From an uncultured virus (IMG/VR IMGVR_UViG_3300008262_000044) (lineage: Duplodnaviria > Heunggongvirae > Uroviricota > Caudoviricetes), in the IMG/VR virus record IMGVR_UViG_3300008262_000044: a stretch of 64,000 bases of DNA; one strand, 5' to 3'. The notes beneath the pieces are model-generated. The model did not search any database. It saw nothing but the letters and a program-made list of their open reading frames with translations, and was not told the origin of the DNA. Positions 6,084-15,107 of this stretch are shown here, piece by piece; positions within the stretch are counted from its first letter, which is position 1, and every line of letters begins with the position of its first letter. The position numbers and the translations under genes are program-made.

Positions 6084-6501
6084 CTGAGTCAGCATTTTCT
6101 CTGTAGGTAGTGGCACCGTTTTTGTGGTGGAATTTGCGGGCCATTTCTGTTTTGGGGCTTAGGGTCACAAAGGTAGTTACTTCGGGATTGTGCTGTTTGA
6201 TTTCTGCTTGAGCTTGTTCTATCAATGTTCGTCCGGCACCCTGTGCATATGACCAAATGGTATAGAACACTGCGGTAGAACTGCCATTCATGGTGTTCAA
6301 CAGTTCATCAACTGATTCGGGGATTTTGGGTAAAAATTTCACACATACCACAGCACTGGCCTTACCGGTACCGTCGTCTTTTAACACGTAGATTTTACTC
6401 TGTTGATTGATGCGCTGCTCTAGAGGAATTTCCGGACGAACTGGATCGTCCTTGATCAGTTCCTGTATTTCTTCTGTGATTTGTGTAATGATGCTTAACA
6501 T
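6064..6501 (-). CDS. GNAT-fold protein resembling the malonyl-CoA decarboxylase catalytic domain
   Basis: Motifs TAVFYTIWS, TFVTLSP and ARKFHHKNGA match MCD AVFYSIS, TFxTLSP and ARFHLxNGA. Confidence 0.65.
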   Translation of the reverse strand: MLSIITQITEEIQELIKDDPVRPEIPLEQRINQQSKIYVLKDDGTGKASAVVCVKFLPKIPESVDELLNTMNGSSTAVFYTIWSYAQGAGRTLIEQAQAEIKQHNPEVTTFVTLSPKTEMARKFHHKNGATTYRENADSVNYLYK

Positions 6502-6562
6502 GATGTTACCTTTGGTTATATGCGTATTTAATAATTTTACAAGAAAATTGCCTGATCTGCAA

Positions 6563-6591
6563 TTGACAACTATAAATATTTCTGCTAAACT
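6563..6591 (+). promoter_or_regulatory. Sigma70-type promoter for the YccA-like gene
   Basis: TTGACA(6563-6568)-17 bp-TAAACT(6586-6591); a TAAATA lies within the spacer. Confidence 0.55.
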
Positions 6592-6621
6592 ATACTTACA
6601 TTAACTTCAAGGAGTCTTTTT

Positions 6622-7308
6622 ATGTTTGACGCTACACTAGGTACGGGAATCTACCGTTCCGCTAGAGAAATCAATTCAGCCATGGGTCGAGTCTATGGTC
6701 ACATGGGATTGGCTGTGTTGACCAGTATGATTGTCAGTGCTCTGGTAGCTGGCAGTCCTGCATTGATGGCTCTGCTGTTTGGCACACCCTTAAAATGGCT
6801 AGTGATGTTTGCTCCGCTGGTAGCTATTTTGGCCGCAGGCTTTGCCTACGAGCGTATGAGCAAAAGTACCCTACAGATTTTCCTACATGGTTTTGCTGCC
6901 ATCATGGGTCTGAGTTTTGCCACGATCTTTGTGGTCTATAACATGGGGTCAATTGTGTCAGCATTCATGGCCGCAGCAGTGTTGTTTGGTGTTATGAGTG
7001 GTTATGGTTATTTTACCAAACGTGATTTGACCAGTATGGGTCAGTTTATGTTTGTGGGTTTGATTGCCATTGTCATTGCCAGCATTATTAACATTTTTAT
7101 TGGCAGCTCGGTAATGCAGATGGTGATTTCGGCAATTGCCATTGTGATCTTTCTAGGACTAACTGCCTACGACACACAGAACATTCGCCAGATGATCAGC
7201 TATGAAAATGACGGTAAGATGGAAGTATGGGGCGCACTAAGTCTGTACTTGAACTTTATCAATATCTTTCTTAGCCTTCTACAGCTATTTGGTCAACGTA
7301 ACGACTAA
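6622..7308 (+). CDS. Bax inhibitor-1/YccA family membrane protein
   Basis: About 7 TM helices; LTAYDTQNI and ALSLYLNFINIF motifs; AAGGAG RBS. Confidence 0.9.
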   Translation: MFDATLGTGIYRSAREINSAMGRVYGHMGLAVLTSMIVSALVAGSPALMALLFGTPLKWLVMFAPLVAILAAGFAYERMSKSTLQIFLHGFAAIMGLSFATIFVVYNMGSIVSAFMAAAVLFGVMSGYGYFTKRDLTSMGQFMFVGLIAIVIASIINIFIGSSVMQMVISAIAIVIFLGLTAYDTQNIRQMISYENDGKMEVWGALSLYLNFINIFLSLLQLFGQRND

Positions 7309-7559
7309 AGTCTACGCCAAGCGGGCAAATCAGCTCGCCACAAAAGTGCAAACTGGGTCAACATCGACCCAGTTTCAAATTCTACAGTAATAATATTATC
7401 CTTGCGTATAGTTTTAAATTTGATCGCCGGATGACACCTTTGAATTCCTCTTAGTGCATTTCTTATACGTCTAATACGACTCCAACGTCTAAAAGGCAAC
7501 ACCAAGTCAGGTGTCAAACGATCAAATACTATTGATACTGAATCCAATATTGTATCCAA
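7305..7559 (-). CDS. Small hypothetical protein (C-terminal FxLxW family)
   Basis: Ends VEFETGSMLTQFALLW; start uncertain. Confidence 0.55.
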   Translation of the reverse strand: MDTILDSVSIVFDRLTPDLVLPFRRWSRIRRIRNALRGIQRCHPAIKFKTIRKDNIITVEFETGSMLTQFALLWRADLPAWRRL

Positions 7560-7729
7560 AAATACATGCCAATAACAATTGCAGCAAATTCAATACGTTC
7601 ACGATAATACCCCGCAGGCTTAGGTTCTTTTTTAGGTTTTTCTACAGGCAGGATCACTGGGACCTTGCCCGTAGTCGACTTAGGTTTGGCGTACTGCCAC
7701 GGAGGCCTAGGCTTGTCTGGAAATATCAT
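7529..7729 (-). CDS. Small protein with C-terminal TM helix
   Basis: 66 aa, ATGA-coupled to the upstream gene. Confidence 0.6.
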   Translation of the reverse strand: MIFPDKPRPPWQYAKPKSTTGKVPVILPVEKPKKEPKPAGYYRERIEFAAIVIGMYFWIQYWIQYQ

Positions 7730-8589
7730 TTTGAAGGTGCAATACGATTAGCGATACGTTTTTGTGTACCGTCAACTTTTTCACGCAAGTTAATAACTTC
7801 ATCACGTAGTTCATTACCGTGATCCTGACATTCTTGTAGGTGTTCACCTAAACTATCAGCCAATCCTGCTAGAGCACGAATTTCTAAACGGTTTAGTTCT
7901 GCTGCTTTTAGAAGGATATCAGTTTCTGTTTCTGATAATTCTACACGCTGACTGTTACCATCTTGTGTGGCTGACTGCATCATGTTCTGTAATTCACCAT
8001 CAAACCATAATGCATTTTCATCGCTGACTTCGTCACAGTGCTCAACCATATATTCATTGATAGCATAGAACCGCTCTGACACATCCCCAATTGCACGAAT
8101 AGCTGCGGCCATTTCTTGAATAATAGTAACCATTTCTTGATTAACATGATTACGATGATGCAGATATTCTAGCTTAGTTTTGGTAATCATTGAATCTTGG
8201 AATAACGCCTGCATAGGTGTTGCAGGTTGTAATTGTGTCAACATCATCATACGATTGCGATAAACATCGTCTGTAGTACGCATGATCAGTTCACGATTAC
8301 CGCCTGCATTAATAGTGTAACTTTGCATGGCATCTGTAACGTTTTCTTCAACAATACTACGAGCTACTTGAACTTGAGCCACATTGAACTGCACTAGAGC
8401 TTCTGAGTCCCAGGCTCTACGAGTATTCTTAGCAATAAGATCTTGTTGTTTAGCCACCTGCTCTGGATCAGCAGATTTGGCTGTACGCTGTTCTCTTAGA
8501 AAGCGTAGTTCATCCTGCAACTCTTTAATCATGTCCATTTCGGACTTTTCAGGGGTTGCTGCCTGTTCTTGCTTTTTGCCTCTGGCCAT
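7726..8589 (-). CDS. Helical coiled-coil hypothetical protein
   Basis: 287 aa; AGGAGA RBS; TAAATA at 8645-8650. Confidence 0.8.
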   Translation of the reverse strand: MARGKKQEQAATPEKSEMDMIKELQDELRFLREQRTAKSADPEQVAKQQDLIAKNTRRAWDSEALVQFNVAQVQVARSIVEENVTDAMQSYTINAGGNRELIMRTTDDVYRNRMMMLTQLQPATPMQALFQDSMITKTKLEYLHHRNHVNQEMVTIIQEMAAAIRAIGDVSERFYAINEYMVEHCDEVSDENALWFDGELQNMMQSATQDGNSQRVELSETETDILLKAAELNRLEIRALAGLADSLGEHLQECQDHGNELRDEVINLREKVDGTQKRIANRIAPSK

Positions 8590-8647
8590 CTAAATCTCCT
8601 TAAAGTTGATTTAGGCCTAGCTCAGATCGCCTCACACGCAGAAATAT

Positions 8648-9361
8648 TTAGTTTAGAATATTTGTTTGTTGTTCCAGGCTGAGTTCTTGATCTTCTAGTT
8701 CACGAATCTTTTCTGTGATTTGATCAATAAGGCCTAGATTACGTAGAATTTTAAATACCAAGTTTTCCACTGACCATTCGCCAGCACGTTCAAGTCCTGC
8801 TTTACGCATCTTGGTAATTTTCTCTTTAACTATACGTAGCTTGTTGAGATCTTTGCTTAACATAGCTGTTTCGATATCATGCATGACTGCATCTTTTTTG
8901 GCCTCAACAGCAGCATCATCTACTTTTGGTTTGACTTTCTTTGGCTCAACCAACCATTGATTTTGAGCAATGCTATACACGCCTGTGCTGTGATGAGGTT
9001 CGTCTTGGCCCTGTACGTAGCATTCTACAGGTAACCCTTTTATTGTGATGTTGTGTTGCTCGCCCCAAAGAGCTTTCTTAGCATTGAAAAGTTCACGTTG
9101 TTCTTCCGAGGGCGTACCCGGAATGATAAGATGTAGGTCCAAATCACTGTATTCAGTCCAAGTATAATTGGCATTAGATCCTGTAATAGTATAATCAATT
9201 ACATCAAGATCAATACCAATAAATTCTTCAAATGCACGAGCAATTTCTAATAGCTTTTTAGTTACTTCAGAATTAAGTTCACTATCATTCCAAATTTTAG
9301 GATTTAATCGTTTGTTAACAGTAACAATTTTATTAGAAGAATCAAACTCACGTAACCACAT
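8648..9361 (-). CDS. Pol-beta superfamily nucleotidyltransferase
   Basis: hG[GS]...DxD signature ITGSNANYTWTEYSDLDLHL; distal acidic strand VECYVQ. Confidence 0.75.
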   Translation of the reverse strand: MWLREFDSSNKIVTVNKRLNPKIWNDSELNSEVTKKLLEIARAFEEFIGIDLDVIDYTITGSNANYTWTEYSDLDLHLIIPGTPSEEQRELFNAKKALWGEQHNITIKGLPVECYVQGQDEPHHSTGVYSIAQNQWLVEPKKVKPKVDDAAVEAKKDAVMHDIETAMLSKDLNKLRIVKEKITKMRKAGLERAGEWSVENLVFKILRNLGLIDQITEKIRELEDQELSLEQQTNILN

Positions 9362-9362
9362 A

Positions 9363-9707
9363 TTAAACTCCGTATTTGTTACGTTTTAGTTTAGATACCG
9401 GACTTACGTTGTTGGTATCTGTTGGTTCGTGACTTCCACGATCCGCAGCTAGATTTCCTTTATGTCCGGTAGTTTTTTCAGCACCTTTGATAATCTCATC
9501 GTCACCATCGGTATAAGCAACAATAACAGCATGATTACCAGTAGGTCCTTCTTTATTGGCCATAGTATGATTTGCCATAGCCATACCAAATCTATAAATT
9601 CTATAGGCATCGGCACTGGGCATAGAAGGATACTCGTAAGTAGTACTTAGAGTAGCACTTTTTCTTTTAGAAAATTCTCTTTCAAAAATAAACTCTTTTG
9701 CTCGCAT
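9363..9707 (-). CDS. Hypothetical late protein, possible internal head protein
   Basis: N-terminus MRAKEFIFE; TAAATA 4 nt upstream. Confidence 0.7.
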   Translation of the reverse strand: MRAKEFIFEREFSKRKSATLSTTYEYPSMPSADAYRIYRFGMAMANHTMANKEGPTGNHAVIVAYTDGDDEIIKGAEKTTGHKGNLAADRGSHEPTDTNNVSPVSKLKRNKYGV

Positions 9708-9710
9708 CCA

Positions 9711-9956
9711 TTATTTAGCCCAAGTTAAATGGTAAAGCACTAATGTAGCATCATCGTAAAATTCAGCTACTAAGGATATATTTTCGTTGAGTTTATCAAC
9801 TACTAATTGACATTTAGTTTGCGGTTGATCTAACAACCAATCTACTTTAGGCGATCCTATTAGTTGTCTTATTCTAACCCAATTTAAATCAACAGTATCG
9901 ATACTACGACTTTGGGTCCAATCACAAAGTTTTACTCTTCTATTCTTCATTACCAA
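9711..9956 (-). CDS. Small hypothetical protein (C-terminal FxLxW family)
   Basis: Ends AEFYDDATLVLYHLTWAK. Confidence 0.65.
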   Translation of the reverse strand: MVMKNRRVKLCDWTQSRSIDTVDLNWVRIRQLIGSPKVDWLLDQPQTKCQLVVDKLNENISLVAEFYDDATLVLYHLTWAK

Positions 9957-11364
9957 TATTGTTCAGCAGATCCCGCAGTTTCGTGCTCTCAACATTGGCT
10001 CTTACTTTAGGTACAGCAGCACCTTGGAATGGATTTGGTTCAGAGTCCTCTTGATGGGCCTTTACTGTGGCTTTGCGTTTTATGTCATCTAATATTCCAG
10101 AAGTAGGACGCATACCTCCACTGGATTCTTGTTCATCTTCGGGTAGATCGCTGATCCTTAGACTTTCTAAATTAAATTCTAGATCTACTTTCATTCCTAC
10201 ACCGCTTGATGATCTAGTTTTCATTAATTGTAATTGATAACGTCCTCGCTCTCTCATAGCACGTGATGTAAAAATACCAAACACATTATCTGCAGTTTGA
10301 ATCTTACTAAGTCCTCCTGAGATATGACTGTGATCATATTCTACTTCTTCTACAGCACCTCGATTCAACTGTGCGGCTGTGACTAGAATAGCTTTACGTT
10401 CAACTGCAAAGTTACGCAGTTCTTCAGAAACATATTTGTCTTTGATGAACAAATCTGCAGGACTAATCTTTCTGCTGATTGGCATTAGTAAGTCTAAGTA
10501 GTCAACTAAGATAACATCAACCTTACGTTCTGTTTTAATTTCAAATTCTTTAATATACGCTCTTAGATCGTTAACATTTTTACCACTTGGTACATATTTG
10601 ATCTGATATGCACCTGCCTTCTTTCCAATCAGTTTAACTTTGGTTTCAACGTTTTCAATATCTTTAAAAATTTCTTTTGTTGGAATTCCTGTTAGCATAC
10701 TGTCAATACGCATACTAACTAATGCTTCACTAAGTTCTAATGTTACATAGACAACATTTAATCCAGCCATTGCCCAATTAAGACCAAGGTTTGCAAGAAA
10801 TAATGATTTACCTGCACCACTACCACCAGCAAAAATATTAAGCTCGCCACGATTCATACCGCCAAACAATCTATTATCAAGATTTTTCCAGCCAGTAGAT
10901 ATTTGTCCGTTTTTATCTTTTAATCCCATTAATCGTGATTTAGGATCTGCAAAGTAGTCAGTGCCCATATCTTTAGCAAGACCAATCTGTACTGCTTCTT
11001 TAATCATAGTTTCAACAGATCCATAATCGCCTTTGTCTAATAGATCTGCAGAATTAATGATTGCACGTTCAATACTTTTGTGTCTTACAAATTTTTCAAA
11101 ACTATCCAATAGCCAATCTACATGGCCTTCTTTAACGCTGTCTGGCTTTTTAAAATCTGTGTTACAGGCAGCATTGACCATGTTATATTCTGGCATTGCT
11201 CGATATTGATCAACGTATACTTTAATAAATTCGGCAGATTCTTGATAACGTCGATCAAATAGACTGTGATCAAAGATGCTTTGACATCTGAAATAAGATT
11301 CAGCATCAGCCATCATCATTTCTAAGAATATTTTTTGTGTTTCGGGACTGTAATTGTCAATCAT
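9940..11364 (-). CDS. Replicative DNA helicase (DnaB / T4 gp41-like)
   Basis: Walker A GGSGAGKS, VTLELSE, ILVDYLDL, AAQLNR, MKTR motifs. Confidence 0.95.
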   Translation of the reverse strand: MIDNYSPETQKIFLEMMMADAESYFRCQSIFDHSLFDRRYQESAEFIKVYVDQYRAMPEYNMVNAACNTDFKKPDSVKEGHVDWLLDSFEKFVRHKSIERAIINSADLLDKGDYGSVETMIKEAVQIGLAKDMGTDYFADPKSRLMGLKDKNGQISTGWKNLDNRLFGGMNRGELNIFAGGSGAGKSLFLANLGLNWAMAGLNVVYVTLELSEALVSMRIDSMLTGIPTKEIFKDIENVETKVKLIGKKAGAYQIKYVPSGKNVNDLRAYIKEFEIKTERKVDVILVDYLDLLMPISRKISPADLFIKDKYVSEELRNFAVERKAILVTAAQLNRGAVEEVEYDHSHISGGLSKIQTADNVFGIFTSRAMRERGRYQLQLMKTRSSSGVGMKVDLEFNLESLRISDLPEDEQESSGGMRPTSGILDDIKRKATVKAHQEDSEPNPFQGAAVPKVRANVESTKLRDLLNNIGNEE

Positions 11365-11371
11365 AGTTATT

Positions 11372-11400
11372 ATTATACATTCTAATTAAAAACAGGTAAA
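11372..11400 (-). promoter_or_regulatory. Sigma70-type promoter giving a leaderless helicase mRNA
   Basis: TTTACC-17 bp-TATAAT(11377-11372); ATG 7 nt downstream. Confidence 0.6.
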
Positions 11401-12851
11401 CCATAGGTACTGGCCCAAGTCATTGAATCTGCTAGGTCGTTTACTATAGGTTCGCCTTTTATATTCAAACTGGTATTCAACAACATAGGGCATCCTGTTT
11501 TAGCATACCACATTTCTAACAGTTCTCTAAATTTAGGATTATCATTAGGACCAACTGTTTGAACTCTACTGGTTCCGTCTTTGTGAACAATAGAAGGAAA
11601 TAAATTTGGTTGTAGACAATATGCAGTGTATTGCATATATGGACTTTTCTTTGTAGGCATTACAAAATACCTGTTGGCATGTTCTTCTAATATAGCAGGC
11701 GCAAATGGTCTAAATGTTTCTCTTTTCTTTATTTCGTTTACACGATCTTTTATACTAGGATCCCTGGGATCTGCCAGTAAGCTCCTATTGCCCAATGCAC
11801 GTGGACCAAATTCTGCAGGGCCTCTAGCTACTCCACATATTTTGTTTATCTGTAAGTATTCAACAATTTCTCTGTTTAATTTTCGTGGACTAATATCGTA
11901 ACCTAAATACGGTCCTGTCCATTTAATACGTGTTCCTTTGTGTGCTAACACTGCACCAATGGCTGATCCGCTATCCCCTGGTGCAGGCATGATCCATGCA
12001 TCATTAAAGTAATCAAAGATTTTTGAATTAGCTGAGCAATTTAAAGCACAGCCTCCCATTAACACTAAATTTTCACTTTCAACAAGTTGTTGTGCGAACT
12101 GTAAAATTCTAACAAAACAAATTTCATACATCTTCTGTGTTGCGGCTGCAATATCAAATAACTGCTTAGGAGATTGTAGTTCAGGTTTCCACCAGTTGCA
12201 TCCTCTATGTAAATTTTGTTTAAACAACACAGGATGTTTATAATCAGTTGGAAAATGTATAAAATCTTTTGTTACGTCTCTCAATAACACTGAATAGTCA
12301 CCATATGCGGCCATGCCCATAAGAATGTACTCTTCTTCATTGGGTTTTAAACCACATCGTTGTGTCATTGCAGAGTAAAATAAACCAATGCTGTCAGGAT
12401 AAGAAAGTGAATATACTTTTGTTAAATTCTTACCTTGACCTTTCCAAATTGATAAAGTTTCAAATTCTCCAATTGCATCAATAACAATAACACATGCATC
12501 TTTAAATGTACTGGTATAATAACCTGCTGCTGCATGACTGTGATGATGTCTAAATGTTTTTATAGGGGCATTAATGCTGTACCTAGACAAATATTTTTTA
12601 ACACTATTGTATTCAAAATCTTGTCCTGCAAATATTTGACGCATGGTTTTCAGCCACGGCTTTTCATACCAACATACTAGATCAGGTTCGCCCGCAATAG
12701 TTTTTGCGTAGTCAATTAAATCGTGATGTAGATGCGGATCATTTTTAATTTTGCTAAATCTTTCCGATTCACTGGCAAATATTAAATGATCTTCATCAAA
12801 TACTGCAAGTGCAGCATTGTGACTGTTAGCCGAAATCCCCCAAGTAATCAT
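11382..12851 (-). CDS. Carbamoyltransferase (NodU/CmcH/TobZ family)
   Basis: ESERFSKIKND, HHHSHAAAGY, GGCALNC, PGDSGSAIG, EFGPRALGNRS, RPFAP, LLNTSLN motifs. Confidence 0.95.
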   Translation of the reverse strand: MITWGISANSHNAALAVFDEDHLIFASESERFSKIKNDPHLHHDLIDYAKTIAGEPDLVCWYEKPWLKTMRQIFAGQDFEYNSVKKYLSRYSINAPIKTFRHHHSHAAAGYYTSTFKDACVIVIDAIGEFETLSIWKGQGKNLTKVYSLSYPDSIGLFYSAMTQRCGLKPNEEEYILMGMAAYGDYSVLLRDVTKDFIHFPTDYKHPVLFKQNLHRGCNWWKPELQSPKQLFDIAAATQKMYEICFVRILQFAQQLVESENLVLMGGCALNCSANSKIFDYFNDAWIMPAPGDSGSAIGAVLAHKGTRIKWTGPYLGYDISPRKLNREIVEYLQINKICGVARGPAEFGPRALGNRSLLADPRDPSIKDRVNEIKKRETFRPFAPAILEEHANRYFVMPTKKSPYMQYTAYCLQPNLFPSIVHKDGTSRVQTVGPNDNPKFRELLEMWYAKTGCPMLLNTSLNIKGEPIVNDLADSMTWASTYGLPVFN

Positions 12852-12940
12852 TTATAGATAAACGGATCTCTTTTACGTAGTTCTTTTAATCTACGTTTTC
12901 TTTTAATGTATTCTTTTATTTTTTCAATTAGTCTGAACAT
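12848..12940 (-). CDS. 30-aa basic peptide (not in ORF track)
   Basis: MFRLIEKIKEYIKRKRRLKELRKRDPFIYK; overlaps the primase end and is ATGA-coupled to the carbamoyltransferase. Confidence 0.65.
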   Translation of the reverse strand: MFRLIEKIKEYIKRKRRLKELRKRDPFIYK

Positions 12941-13940
12941 TTTTAATCCTTTTAATCATTTGATTTTTCATCAAATTAATTTTTATATTACCACTAACTG
13001 ATGTCTTTATAATATCAACAATAGTAAACATTTTTCCGTATTCTTTCACTGCATCGGCACAATCTTTGATACTGCTATTCCAATTAGGGAATGCTACGCT
13101 CCAACCCAATTCTCTAGCTTTATCGATACCTGCTATACCTGCTTTATCTTGATCTGGAACGAAAATAACTTGACGGGATAGACTATTAATTATCCTAGCA
13201 TGTTGTTCAGAAATTTCGTTTGTGAGAAGTGCAACACCGCCAATTGCCAGTGCATCAAATGGACCTTCGCAGACAATTACATATTTTCTATCATTAGCCT
13301 GTGCATCCATATTGAATACAAAGTTTGGATGCTGATCTGAAAGATACTTTGGCTTTCCAGGTGTAATGCGTCTTGCAGTACTACCTACAGTTTGACCATG
13401 ATACAAAAACGGAATTATAACTCTATTGTCATAACCCGCTAACGGTGACCAATAAAAGTTTTCTGCCAACGGATTAAATCCACGATCAATAAGATATTGT
13501 ATCACTAACAATATTTTTTGTTCAGTTTCTACATCTAATTTTTCCTGCATCCATTCTATTAACGGCAAACTACCTTCTGGTAATTCTTTTTTGGTAAATT
13601 CAACTGGAGGGGTGTAATGTTGATTTACATAATCTGGTCGTTCGGTTTTTAAAGCTTCAAATATTAATCGTTTTATAGTATCATCTGACGCACCCAACCA
13701 ACTACATAATTCTCGTAATTTAAAAGATATTGGACGACCTGGTTGCCAACCTGTAGAAAATCCACAGTTAAAACAGTGATATACAAAACCTTCATTAAAT
13801 GTGACTCCGCCTCTTAGTCTATCATCTGATTTGTGACCACGATGATGACAACAGGGAGCATTAAAGCTAATCCAACCACTTGGTGTTTGCTTTCTTTTAT
13901 ATGGCAGTAATGTACGTAGGGTATCTAAGACCAGAGTCAT
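12924..13940 (-). CDS. DNA primase (T4 gp61-like)
   Basis: N-terminal Zn finger (PCC...YHCFNCG); TOPRIM VCEGPFDA and PDQDKAG. Confidence 0.9.
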   Translation of the reverse strand: MTLVLDTLRTLLPYKRKQTPSGWISFNAPCCHHRGHKSDDRLRGGVTFNEGFVYHCFNCGFSTGWQPGRPISFKLRELCSWLGASDDTIKRLIFEALKTERPDYVNQHYTPPVEFTKKELPEGSLPLIEWMQEKLDVETEQKILLVIQYLIDRGFNPLAENFYWSPLAGYDNRVIIPFLYHGQTVGSTARRITPGKPKYLSDQHPNFVFNMDAQANDRKYVIVCEGPFDALAIGGVALLTNEISEQHARIINSLSRQVIFVPDQDKAGIAGIDKARELGWSVAFPNWNSSIKDCADAVKEYGKMFTIVDIIKTSVSGNIKINLMKNQMIKRIKNVQTN

Positions 13941-13946
13941 AGATAC

Positions 13947-13975
13947 ATTTTAATATCTATACAATACTTTGTCAA
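13947..13975 (-). promoter_or_regulatory. Sigma70 promoter giving a leaderless primase mRNA
   Basis: TTGACA(13975-13970)-17 bp-TAAAAT(13952-13947); ATG 6 nt downstream. Confidence 0.7.
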
Positions 13976-14705
13976 GTGTTCCAGCAGTTTGAGTATGCTT
14001 GATTCTAAACCAACTCCAAACGCCTTCTATATTTTTATATGATATTGAAGAATTGGTTAATGGAATTGTTGCTAGATCAATCCAATTTCCAGTAGTGGTA
14101 TTTTCGTCCATGCTTGCTTGAATTACTACACTACCACTATATGCAGTTCCATAGAACGCAAAAGTATGCAGTGCAGAATTATTATTCAAATGCGGTTTGG
14201 CATCAATGATGCTGCTGACTTTATACGTACTTTCTGTATTAAAAGTTGTTATGATATCTGTAGGTATAACATTACCATACACGTTACCAATTAATTCTAA
14301 TCTACCCAGTGCGCCAAATTGGCTGTCTCCGTACAATGGTTTTTTAATACCATTGGATAGAGTATATAAAGAAAATGTATAAAATCCAGGAGTTAGCGTT
14401 AATGCTTCTCCTTCACTGATAGTTACAGATACTTTACCTTTAACAGCATCTACAACTGTACAATCTCTGGACATAATAAGTTCTTGCGACTCATAAGCAA
14501 AAAGATTAAATACCACAGTTTGTCCAGCAATGGATTGGGGTTTTTGATCAGAGTTGCGAACTTGAAAATCTATAGGATTATCGACTCCGCGATAAATTTT
14601 TAGGGTGCGTTGATACACTTTGCGATACCTCTCAGTTTGCCAGGAGCCAAGATCGCTGAAAACGTCCACTTTGTTTGCGTATAAATAACTTGGATTAAAT
14701 TGCAT
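13950..14705 (-). CDS. Putative virion structural protein (beta-rich)
   Basis: 251 aa, beta-sandwich-like composition; TAAATA at 14727-14732. Confidence 0.6.
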   Translation of the reverse strand: MQFNPSYLYANKVDVFSDLGSWQTERYRKVYQRTLKIYRGVDNPIDFQVRNSDQKPQSIAGQTVVFNLFAYESQELIMSRDCTVVDAVKGKVSVTISEGEALTLTPGFYTFSLYTLSNGIKKPLYGDSQFGALGRLELIGNVYGNVIPTDIITTFNTESTYKVSSIIDAKPHLNNNSALHTFAFYGTAYSGSVVIQASMDENTTTGNWIDLATIPLTNSSISYKNIEGVWSWFRIKHTQTAGTLDKVLYRY

Positions 14706-14735
14706 TATTGGTCCTTTGATTAATAATATTTACCT

Positions 14736-15107
14736 ATGAGAATAACAGAAAACTTACAACAAAACTTCCCATTTATAAGTGTTATAAACTACGTTGACAA
14801 AGAATATGTGGGCATTATTATTAATCAAGACTCTAGTATCACTAGCATGTATGATTACACTTCTTTAAAAAGCGAAGAAGAAAAAACTAGATTTTTAGAA
14901 CTAGGGGAAGCTTGGTGGTGGGAATCAAATAGACAAATTCCTATTAGTATTTTTCTAGCTAAAGAAATACAACCTTTTAGATACGCTATTAGAAATTTCA
15001 GTACCAAAGATGTTAAATTAATGCTTGGGCCTTGCGTAAGTCTAAATCAAATTATCACCAAAAGAATTAAACGTAGAAGCATAGTATTAATTAGAAAAGC
15101 TGGTTAA
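14736..15107 (+). CDS. Hypothetical protein
   Basis: 123-aa ORF, convergent with the mini-DnaE. Confidence 0.75.
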   Translation: MRITENLQQNFPFISVINYVDKEYVGIIINQDSSITSMYDYTSLKSEEEKTRFLELGEAWWWESNRQIPISIFLAKEIQPFRYAIRNFSTKDVKLMLGPCVSLNQIITKRIKRRSIVLIRKAG

